A stretch of DNA of 24,159 nt, taken from the NCBI GenBank assembly GCA_021834245.1, contig JAKBDW010000439.1, forward strand, positions 1 to 24,159, read 5' to 3'. Origin of the DNA: Pseudomonadota bacterium. GTDB taxonomy: Bacteria > Pseudomonadota > Gammaproteobacteria > Acidiferrobacterales > UBA6901. Of the stretch, positions 15,949-24,159 are shown piece by piece. The position numbers and the translations under genes are program-made. Numbering within the stretch: position 1 is the stretch's first letter; each line of letters opens with the position of its first letter. A model generated the notes under the pieces. It was not told the DNA's origin and did not search any database. It saw only the letters and a list, made by a program, of their open reading frames with translations.

Positions 15949-18126
15949 TTACTGCTCGTTGTCCCTTTTGAACCAGATTGCCTTATGTTGATCCATCTCG
16001 GCATAGCGGCCCGGCGGAACGGGAAGCGTAGTCATCGGATGCTCAATGATTGCCGGTCCATCTATTCTATTCCCTGGCTCCATCTTCTCCATATCCCAAA
16101 CGGTATTCTCCACCCAACGCCCGCCCCAATAAGCTGGCCTATGGCCTTTAATGGCAAACTTTGCGGGTTCCTTGCCCTCAAGCGGGTAGGAAACTAGCTT
16201 GGGTTGGATCTTGGGGACGACGGCCTCCAAATAAACACTAGTGATCAAGTAGCCTGCTTCGGGAAAGCGCGAGGCCGTTGGATAAATCCGTGTATATGTC
16301 TTTTCGAAAGAGTCACAGATCATCTGCACATCTTCGATGGTCTCGACCATGCCGTGTTCAACCGGCGCTTCCCAACTAGAGAAGAGCTGCCCCACATACC
16401 GGGCCGCGATACCGTACCTGAAGGTCACTTTATCCTTGGAGAATCCTTCCTGTTCCAGCTCCCGGTAAGCTTGCGCCTCGAGCACTCGCCATGCATCGTT
16501 CATCGGCTTGGTGATAGTCAATTTAACATCTGCTGACAACGAGGGCAGGATGGAACAGGTCAAACTTTTTTCATAGCGATGGTAGTATTCGGCCGCAGCA
16601 ATGCCGAAGGCAGAGAAAGCTGCCGCCCAGGGAACCGTGAACATTCCGCCTAGTTTAAGTCCTTGTTCAATACCCCATAGATGCAACGGACCGCTACCAC
16701 CATAGACAATCATCGTGAACTCGTGGGGATCCATGCCTCGCGACAACAAGGTGTCGTTAACGTGATCTTGCAGACCGGCATGCATCAAATCCAAAACACC
16801 GGCACATGCTTCGAAAACATCCATTCCTAACGGCTTTGCCAAACGCTCGGTCAACTCGTGTATGGCCTTCGCTCTGTTAAGTTTGACCTTCCCTCCAAGG
16901 AAGTTATCGGGATTCAGATAGCCAAGGGCAACGTTAATATCGCTCAGGGTGATTTCGTCGTAATTTAAACAGATCCCCAACTTGGAACCGGCACACTCAG
17001 GTCCCAAGATAACCCGCTTCGCCTCCCGGTCCACATGGATCGCCGTTCCCGTTCCGTTACCAATGGAATCGGTGGCGAGCATGGTCATATTCAATCTATG
17101 ACCGGCAAAATTAGGCTCCCGGTTTAGACTCTGCTGACCGCCTACGATCACGCCGGCCTCGAAGCTGGTGCCTCCGAGGTCGGTGCAAAGGAGATTCTTG
17201 ATCCCTTTCAGATCCGCCATTATCTTGCCGCCTAGCATCCCACCGGTGGGTCCCGAAACGATGCTTTCATACAGCCTCGGGTAACGAATGTTTGCCACTC
17301 CGCCAAAGGCCAGCAAAGTTTGCAAGTCGTGGACATAGCCATCGGCTTTCGCCGCATCTTCTACGTTCTTCAGTCTCGTTCTGGCACCGTCACAGGCAAA
17401 CCCCTCAACGAGGGTCGTCTTCATCCGCGCGCTCTCCTTAATGATCGGACAGATATCGCTGGACAAGATCACATTGATATTAGCTCCACGTTTCTTGATT
17501 ATTTCCCGGGCGATCTCGGCAGCTCGTCTCTCATGAACCGGATTTGCGTAAGAGCAGAGGAAACAGATCCCAATAACTTCCACCCCTGTGTCGACGAGTT
17601 TTTCGACGCCCTTGCGGACGTCGCTCTCATGCATAGGAATGATCACATGGCCCGCGTCATAGTGGCTGCAAGGGGGAAAATAGTTACCACCCGAGAGACG
17701 CTCAGTTATCTCTATGACATTCTTTCGGTCGATCATCGGCCGCGTATGCTCATGCAGCTGGAGCTTCCACTTCTCGGCTGGCGGCCGTCCCAGCCAGGTC
17801 AGAGCTCTTTCCAAGAAGGGTGTATCCCCTTGCCCTCGGGTTACGAGCAGGCCCACTCTCTTTCCGGCCCCTGTGATCAAGATATTAAGCATGATCGTCC
17901 CGGTATAGATGGAGGTGTCCGTATTCCTGTGAATATCACCGGACGTGAGTCCCAACTGGGCAGCGGCATCTGAAACAGAACCCATATAGCTAATGGCTTC
18001 ATTGCCGTAGTTGGTTAGATATTTCCCGAGGCTGAAATTTCCCTCCTTATCAACGAGGAAGGTATCCGTCATGGTTCCGCCGGCGTCTAGCGCGACGAGA
18101 TATCTCCTATTATCCAGCTGTGTCAT
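15949..18126 (-). CDS. Acetone-carboxylase beta-like subunit (hydantoinase A/oxoprolinase, ATP-binding)
   Basis: LDAGGTMTDTF, SGPTGG, TDLGGTSFE, DSIGNGTG, YGGSGPLH, GPAIIEHPMTT; 725 aa; ATGA overlap with the gamma gene. Confidence 0.9.
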   Translation of the reverse strand: MTQLDNRRYLVALDAGGTMTDTFLVDKEGNFSLGKYLTNYGNEAISYMGSVSDAAAQLGLTSGDIHRNTDTSIYTGTIMLNILITGAGKRVGLLVTRGQGDTPFLERALTWLGRPPAEKWKLQLHEHTRPMIDRKNVIEITERLSGGNYFPPCSHYDAGHVIIPMHESDVRKGVEKLVDTGVEVIGICFLCSYANPVHERRAAEIAREIIKKRGANINVILSSDICPIIKESARMKTTLVEGFACDGARTRLKNVEDAAKADGYVHDLQTLLAFGGVANIRYPRLYESIVSGPTGGMLGGKIMADLKGIKNLLCTDLGGTSFEAGVIVGGQQSLNREPNFAGHRLNMTMLATDSIGNGTGTAIHVDREAKRVILGPECAGSKLGICLNYDEITLSDINVALGYLNPDNFLGGKVKLNRAKAIHELTERLAKPLGMDVFEACAGVLDLMHAGLQDHVNDTLLSRGMDPHEFTMIVYGGSGPLHLWGIEQGLKLGGMFTVPWAAAFSAFGIAAAEYYHRYEKSLTCSILPSLSADVKLTITKPMNDAWRVLEAQAYRELEQEGFSKDKVTFRYGIAARYVGQLFSSWEAPVEHGMVETIEDVQMICDSFEKTYTRIYPTASRFPEAGYLITSVYLEAVVPKIQPKLVSYPLEGKEPAKFAIKGHRPAYWGGRWVENTVWDMEKMEPGNRIDGPAIIEHPMTTLPVPPGRYAEMDQHKAIWFKRDNEQ

Positions 18127-18692
18127 TTGTTTGCCTCCTTAGCCCACTTCCCTGTTTGGCTAGCGCTCAGGTCCTGGAACCAATCTTTGCTCGCGCTCTT
18201 GAGCGGCTTCTGTTCCCACTCATAGAGGGTGTCGATATCCGGTAGCACTTCAAACAGGAAGGGGTATCCAGAAGGCACCGCCTCCACCCCGAGTTGAGCC
18301 ATGCACCCCGGGCAGTAAAACTCCCTGACCTCGACAAAGGTCGGGTTCGGTTTGTTCGGGGTGGTAAAAATCTCGTCGAGCTCTTCGGTGGTGGTTCTGG
18401 CATACACTAAACTGCTCAACTTCCAGTTGACGCGATAGTCGCCGAACTCCTGGCCACAATCGCATTTGACAAAGCGCTCCTTGCCTTTCTCAACTACGTA
18501 CAGGTGCTCAGAGATGCGAACCAGTATGGTTTCTTTCCACTTGACCCGCTCTTGGAGGACTTTCAAATATTTCCAGAACCGATCCGTATCTTTGACAGGC
18601 ATGCGCAGCAAGGCATGGACCTCAGCCAAGGGGAGTTTCCCTTCAGACAGCAACTTCAGCTTGTTTTTTGTCACGAAGCTATTCTCAGTCAT
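18123..18692 (-). CDS. Acetone-carboxylase gamma-like subunit (Zn-binding)
   Basis: KDTDRFWKYLKVLQERVKWKETILVRISEHLYVV, CDCG, NWKL, REFYCPGC, VEAVPSGYP: the AcxC pattern with four Cys. Confidence 0.9.
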   Translation of the reverse strand: MTENSFVTKNKLKLLSEGKLPLAEVHALLRMPVKDTDRFWKYLKVLQERVKWKETILVRISEHLYVVEKGKERFVKCDCGQEFGDYRVNWKLSSLVYARTTTEELDEIFTTPNKPNPTFVEVREFYCPGCMAQLGVEAVPSGYPFLFEVLPDIDTLYEWEQKPLKSASKDWFQDLSASQTGKWAKEANK

Positions 18693-18784
18693 GTCTCACC
18701 TTTTCATTAAATTTGGGGCGTAAGGTATCGGCATCGTCACATTCGTACACTTGACGCGCCGAGCGCACCTGCTCCGGAGGAGCC

Positions 18785-21013
18785 TTAAATTTTGAAGTCT
18801 TCGCCTAACTGCCAGAACCCGTAGAACTCGCTGTGCCACTTTGGATATTGCAGCGTGTCCCTATACATCTCGGTCACATCCGGATGGGTAAACTGCCTAG
18901 CCAGTACCTTGGATCTTTCGCGAAGCCAAAACTCCTTGGCCGGTAGCGCTCTCGCCTTCCGTTTGTTGCGGATCTCTTGCCGCGCTTTCGCACTGGCTTC
19001 AATATCCACTTGGCAGTCTCCGTTGGCAGATAACTTCACAACCGCACCGTAGACCTTTCGGGCTGTCTCCGGAGACATCCAACTACGCTCCACGTCTTGT
19101 TTGATTAGATCAAGGTCTCGATCCAGCGGCTCACCCCAGGCACTGCTGGCCTGCAGACCCTGATAGACAAGATCTCCATGCTTGAGTTGGGTGGGTGGAG
19201 ACTCGTTGCCGTATAGCTCGACAGAACCCGCCTTCAGCGTGCCTTGTTCCATCATGCGGCAGGCTTCAACAAAATCCGTGGGCAGAGTTACTCCCTTGTC
19301 CAATAACTCAAAGGCATTGGTGTCGTGCAGGTACATCACCAAGCCGTTCAACATCGGGTAGCCGCCACATACGCCAACGGCGCAACCGAGCATGTCTGTT
19401 CCACTGATTCCCATTGTGTTCATCGTCAGGAACTGGCCAGGGTCACTGATCAAGTGCGCAGAGGACATCCCCATGCTCCCGCGGTGCTTGCCATGGGAAC
19501 ACATGTCCGGAATCATTTTCCGAGCCAGTGAAGTAAAGGCTGGTTCGACGAATTCCCATTCCTCGGCTTCGCCGAAATCGGCCTCCGGATTGCCGGCGCC
19601 CACCATGCAAGCTTCACCATCGCGCCAAGGCGAAGGCCCTCGTGGACAACTGCCGACGTAACCGAAATCCGTCATGCCCCAAGGAATGTCGTTTTTCAAG
19701 ACGCCACCCATGCCAAAAACGGAATACACGTATTCGCACAGATAGGATTCCTCAAGGAATCCCCTCATGAAGTATGACCAGCCGAAAACGTGGTTCGGCA
19801 ACAATGACAGCATGGTGCCAACGACGTTCGGAGCACACGTGCTTACATCCGTACGAGTAGGGTTGACGATGGATCCCGGTGACCCTTCCACATCCATCAT
19901 CTTCAAGAGGGAGGTGTTGACCAGTGGACTTTGTACGAGGACAGCCATCGAATGCCATCCCATGCCCAACAGAATTCCGCCTCGGTGTCCATTGGCCCAG
20001 AAGTAATCCTGGCTGGTGCTGCCATCGCACTCGACGTTTATAAAAGAAGAAGGAGTGATGGATATTTTCTCGTTCAGGTGAACGACCCAATCTCTATCCG
20101 CTTCACGGTACAAGTGGCCCATGATTCCCTTTTGACGTACCGGACGAAACAATGCCTGACGAAAATCACCGGGCACCATCTGCGTTCTGACGCGGCGCTC
20201 TATGGCCCTACGTTCCCGCTCCAGGATCTCCCTCATAGCCTGCTTAAAATAGCCCCGTCCAAACTCATCGACGAGTTCCATGACCCGTCCTCGGAGCATG
20301 ATGGCCCCGGTGAGCCGCATCTTTTCATCCAGGACATTGAGGGTGCCCGTCCTGGTGCGGCGCGTCCACATCCGCTCAAACCACTTGTACTCGATCAGGT
20401 CCTCGCCAATTTTCATGGGCCCGTAGGTGAACCCATCACAGTAGGTCGTAGGGGAGTGTGCGGGAACGCCCCCAGCACAGATGGAATGTCCTGTGTCGGC
20501 GATATGATTGACACCGGCAGCCCAAGCTACCAACTCGCCGTCGTAGAAGATTGGGACATATGTATAGCAGTCCGATTGATGGGGCCCGCCGGCCAAGGGA
20601 TCATTTGTCCCCCAGATATCGCCGTCTCTGAAGCCCGGATTCTCTTCCAGGCCGGTATCCGCCATATGTTTGACTATTAGCGGGAAGCTCATGACGTGCC
20701 CAGTGAGGCCAAAGGAAGACGCTACGACTTCCCCCTCAGGTAGGGCGAGCAAATGCAGAAGTTCACCCATTCCGACCCCTGCCGGGGAACCGGATACATG
20801 TTTGGACGTTTCTCGGGCGGCACTGACCGCCGCAATCAGCCTAGTCTGAAATTTGTCGAATTTAATGGGATCTTTTTCCAGCAACTCCAGATATTTCAGT
20901 CCAAATATGTGACCTGTATCTTTGTATTGTTGTTCAGCGTGATCAATTCTTTCCTTCAGCCTGATATCTTCGCCCTTGAGTGTTGTCCTAAGAATCTTTT
21001 GCGTTGAACCCAT
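18785..21013 (-). CDS. Acetone-carboxylase alpha-like subunit (hydantoinase B fold, metal-binding)
   Basis: ARETSKHVSGSP..GEL, NDP...PHQSD...VPIFYDGELVAWAAGVNHIADTG, NPEADFGEAEEWE, GKHRG, GGYP, WGEPLDRD, EFYGFWQL. GGAGG RBS at 21018-21022. Confidence 0.9.
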   Translation of the reverse strand: MGSTQKILRTTLKGEDIRLKERIDHAEQQYKDTGHIFGLKYLELLEKDPIKFDKFQTRLIAAVSAARETSKHVSGSPAGVGMGELLHLLALPEGEVVASSFGLTGHVMSFPLIVKHMADTGLEENPGFRDGDIWGTNDPLAGGPHQSDCYTYVPIFYDGELVAWAAGVNHIADTGHSICAGGVPAHSPTTYCDGFTYGPMKIGEDLIEYKWFERMWTRRTRTGTLNVLDEKMRLTGAIMLRGRVMELVDEFGRGYFKQAMREILERERRAIERRVRTQMVPGDFRQALFRPVRQKGIMGHLYREADRDWVVHLNEKISITPSSFINVECDGSTSQDYFWANGHRGGILLGMGWHSMAVLVQSPLVNTSLLKMMDVEGSPGSIVNPTRTDVSTCAPNVVGTMLSLLPNHVFGWSYFMRGFLEESYLCEYVYSVFGMGGVLKNDIPWGMTDFGYVGSCPRGPSPWRDGEACMVGAGNPEADFGEAEEWEFVEPAFTSLARKMIPDMCSHGKHRGSMGMSSAHLISDPGQFLTMNTMGISGTDMLGCAVGVCGGYPMLNGLVMYLHDTNAFELLDKGVTLPTDFVEACRMMEQGTLKAGSVELYGNESPPTQLKHGDLVYQGLQASSAWGEPLDRDLDLIKQDVERSWMSPETARKVYGAVVKLSANGDCQVDIEASAKARQEIRNKRKARALPAKEFWLRERSKVLARQFTHPDVTEMYRDTLQYPKWHSEFYGFWQLGEDFKI

Positions 21014-21026
21014 GATACCTCCGTAC

Positions 21027-22353
21027 CAGTAGTGACCTGATGTTAGTGGCCACGCTGGCCGTAAATAACTGATTCATGTGGGATAAATCGCGATTTTTTT
21101 TGGTCTCGATTTCGACTTCGATAAACGCTGGTGCGACCCTGCGAAGACCCTATTCGCGGATGGTATCCGTGCACTCCGGCAAGCTGGTATTTGCGCAGTT
21201 GGCGAATCATCTTCCGCTCACCACGTTTCGCCGGTGTGTCGCGGCGTAGGACGGCGAGCACAAGATCAAGACCTTCGCTTGTCTCGAACAGTTTCTCTGT
21301 CTGGCGTTCGCCCAGCTTGACTTACCGCGAGAGCCTGCGGGATATCGAGGCTTGCCTCCGAGCCCAGAACGACAAGCTCTATCACATGGGAATCCGCAGC
21401 TGGATTTCGCACAGCACTCTGCCGGATGCGAACGAGGTGCGCGACTGGCGCATCTAGGCCAGCTTCCCACAGCACCTGATCGCGATGCCCCGCAAGCTTG
21501 TATGTCGACGAGCCGTTTGGACTCGATCTCAAAGAGACGGTCTACGTCCTCGACGCAACGACCATCAATTTGTGCCTGTCGGTCTTCCCGTGGGCCCTGT
21601 TTCGTACAACGAAGACGGCGGTCAAACCGCATACCCTGCTCGACCTGCGAGGCAATATCCCCGCCTTTATCTATATCAGCGACAGCAAGATGCACGATGT
21701 CAACATACTCGAACCATCGCCGCCAGAGGCCGGCACGTTCTATCTGATGGACCGCGGATATCTCGACTTCGAGAGGCTCTTCCGGTTGCACACCACGGGC
21801 AGTTTCTTCGTGATGCGGGGCAACTCCAACCTGAGGGCCCAACGACCCTACTCGCGTCCGGTGGACCGACGCACAGGGGTCATTTGCGATCATACGGTTA
21901 TCCTGACGAGCTTCTACTCGAGTCAGGACTTCGAGACCCCGCTGCGGCGGATTCGATTCAACGATCCGAGGACCGACAAGCGACTGGTATTCCTGACGAG
22001 CCACTTCGCCTTGCCGGCCCTGACGATCACGGAACTGTATCGCTGCCCTTGGCAGGTCGAACTCTTCTTCAAGTGGATCAAGCAGCATTTGCGGATCAAG
22101 CAGTTCAACGGTACGAGCGAGAACGCCGCGAAGACGCGGATTTGGACCGCGGTCTCGATCTACGTGCTCGTCGCCTTCGTCAAAACGCGATTGAAGATCC
22201 AAGCTAGCCTCTATGAAATGATACGGACCTTGAGGCTAACCATGTTCGAGGTAACCTCTTTGGATACGCTGTTTTCGCCAATTCGCACAGCTCAAAACGA
22301 TCCCGATACCGGCAACCAGCTGAATTTGTTCCACTAACGTCCGGACACTGCAG
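21027..22353 (+). mobile_element. IS4-family element (DUF4372-type transposase pseudogene) with 9-bp target duplication
   Basis: Imperfect IRs CAGTAGTGACCTGATGTTAGTGG / reverse complement CTGCAGTGTCCGGACGTTAGTGG; direct repeat CCTCCGTAC at 21018-21026 and 22354-22362. The transposase (HSGKLVFAQL...YRESLRDIE...VLDATTI...MDRGYLDF...WQVELFFKWIKQHL) has stops and frameshifts. Confidence 0.92.
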
Positions 22354-22715
22354 CCTCCGTACCATCATCAATTCGATCGCCAAACACACTTTTATGGCCC
22401 TATCCGGGTTTCTCCAATGGTTCGTAGATAAGTCGTTGGCTTTGCCAAGTGATTGGCACGGTCATCCTTTCCTAAGTTCAAAGCCCCTACGGCCGCCTTC
22501 ACGGCGCGCCAAAATCCCAGCGCGCCAAGCCGACCGGGCGAGCGCAGTGAGCGGCTGGGACCCATGGGTATGACAGGAAACCAGTTGTGACCTCGCCTTC
22601 GCTGCGCATATTCTGTAACAGGTCCTACTCGAACTGACGAGTACGGGAAACCTCCCAGATTATGCATATCACCACAAGTCCTTACACCTTTAAATTCGCA
22701 TGAAATCCTTTTTTG

Positions 22716-22739
22716 TGAACACTGTTCAATTATGTAATT
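22716..22739. promoter_or_regulatory. Possible operator palindromes in the AT-rich upstream region
   Basis: TGAAC-ACT-GTTCA (22716-22728, a T-N11-A spacing) directly followed by AATTA-TG-TAATT (22728-22739). Confidence 0.25.
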
Positions 22740-22804
22740 ACTATGCGACGAACTGGAGGTTCTGTCAAGACTTAGCCTTTTTCAATGGGGGTATGTGTCT
22801 GAGC

Positions 22805-23545
22805 GAGCAGTGGTGCGCCATCAGAAGTTCTTCAGCTTGGAGGAACTGAACACGGCGATCCGGGCACTGCTGGTTGAGTTCAATAATCGGCTGTATCAAC
22901 GTCTGCCGGGATCGCGCCGTAGTGTGTTCGAAGCGCTCGATCGGCCGGTAATGCGGGCCTTGCCATCCTCGCCGTACGTGTTTGCCGAATGGAAGGAAGT
23001 CACGGTCGCGTTTGACTATCACGTCGAGATCGACGGTCATTACTACAGCGTCCCGCACGCCCTAGTCGGCCACAGCGCGTGGGCGCGCTTCTCGGCGGCG
23101 AGCGTCGAAGTGTTCTTCCGCAGCGAGCGCGTGTCGAGCCATGTGCTCTCCTATCAGCGCGGCGTGTATACGACGATCGACGAACACATGCCGAAATCGC
23201 ATCGGGCGCACGCCGAGTGGTCACCGCAGCGCCGCATCCAGTGGGGGTGAATCGATCGGTGTGAACACCGGCGCCGTGGTCGAGCACCTGCTTCGCTCCA
23301 AACCGCATCCAGAGCAAGGCTATCGGGCGTGTCTCGGCCTCTTGAGCCCTGGGAGCCGCGAGTACGGCGATCAGCGCTTAGAGGCCGCCAGTGCGCTCGC
23401 AGTGCGGCTGCGCAGTCCCACCCCCAAAGGCGTTAAGTCGATCCTCCAGAGCGGCCGCGATCGACCTCATGCGCAAACCGAACTCCTGGACCTCGACTTG
23501 CCGCCGCATGGCAACGTCCGCGGTCCCGGCTATTTCCACTGGTGA
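22805..23545 (+). pseudogene. istA: IS21-family IstA transposase, C-terminal fragment, frameshifted near 23248
   Basis: HQKFFSLEELN, DYHVEIDGHYYSVPH, EHMPKSHRAH, KPHPEQGYRACLGL, HGNVRGPGYF. Confidence 0.9.
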
Positions 23546-23572
23546 TGACGATTAATCTTAAAGGCGAAGACG

Positions 23573-24140
23573 ATGTTGACGAGTCCGACGATCGAAACCC
23601 TCAAGAGCCTGAAGCTGCACGGCATGCTTCAATCGCTCGAGGAGCAACAGCAAACCCCGACCATCCAAGCACTCTCGTTCGAAGACCGCATCGCGCTCAT
23701 CATCGATCGCGAGCGGCTCTACCGCGACAATCAGTGCAAGTCGCGGCTGCTGCGGGGCGCGCACTTGAAGGTCGCCGCCGCGTGCATCGAGGATATCAAT
23801 TTTAAGGCCGCCCGCGGCCTCGACAAGAAACAGATCGCCACGCTCGCAACCGGAGAATGGATCCGCAGGTCCCAAAATGTCCTCATCACAGGTGCCACCG
23901 GCAGCGGGAAAACGTGGCTCTCGTGCGCGCTCGCCCAGCAGTGTTGTCGTCAAGGCGTCTCGGTGACGTACTGGCGAGTACCGCGGCTGATCGAGGAGCT
24001 GCGGGTCGTTCACGGTGACGGGAGCTACATCAAGTTCCTAATCAAGTTCCTAACATCGACCGCAAAGGCTTCGCTGCTGGTCCTCGATGACTGGGGTTTG
24101 ACCGCACTGTCCGCCCAGGACCGGGCGGATCTGCTCGAAA
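23573..24140 (+). pseudogene. istB: IS21-family IstB AAA+ helper, interrupted at 24141
   Basis: LKLHGM, LSFEDR, Walker A ITGATGSGKT, Walker B LLVLDDWG, DRADLLE; carries an in-frame 12-bp tandem duplication ATCAAGTTCCTA (24029-24052). Confidence 0.9.
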
Positions 24141-24159
24141 TGCGTATTCCGGACCATGT
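24141..24159 (+). mobile_element. Probable terminal IR of a second IS21-family (IS408-like) element running off the window
   Basis: TGCGTATTCCGG... replaces the expected IstB continuation after DLLE and resembles IS408-group ends. Confidence 0.55.

Noticed and set aside
16204-20680. Plus-strand ORFs 16204..16536, 17320..17973 and 19931..20680
   Set aside because: Antisense shadows of the carboxylase genes.
22454-22470. TGGCACGG as a sigma54 -24 element
   Set aside because: No TTGC at -12, and it faces away from the operon.
22763-22804. TGTCAAGAC... as the left end of the IS21 remnant
   Set aside because: It resembles an IS terminus, but no matching partner IR is in the window and its family cannot be assigned.
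1-24159. CRISPR arrays, tRNA/rRNA genes, integron attC arrays
   Set aside because: No regularly spaced repeats, cloverleaf or rRNA signatures, or attC core-site pairs were seen.

Overview
An accessory catabolic island that has been hit repeatedly by mobile elements. The long minus-strand unit (21013->6101) encodes a divergent three-subunit acetone-carboxylase-like enzyme in alpha-gamma-beta order, an R-specific (MaoC/hydratase-2) enoyl-CoA hydratase, EtfBA, a PimD/PimC-type heteromeric acyl-CoA dehydrogenase pair, and a methylsuccinyl-CoA-dehydrogenase-like ACAD, an Ich/Meh-like hydratase and a CitE/Ccl-like lyase. It converges on a plus-strand group of paaY, a crotonase and a 7Fe ferredoxin. 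All 13 metabolic ORFs are open. Nearly every mobile element is decayed and sits between genes or inside another element: IS256 with a precisely nested IS1111-group IS110, IS630 halves, IS66 remnants, IS701, IS4, IS21, and two oppositely oriented halves of a group II intron. The best candidate for a new system is an ATP-dependent ketone carboxylase of unknown specificity coupled to branched-chain beta-oxidation ending in methylsuccinyl/citramalyl-CoA cleavage. The second is a bridge/seekRNA locus in the IS1111 element. All family assignments come from motif recognition and recalled reference sequences; no database search was run.
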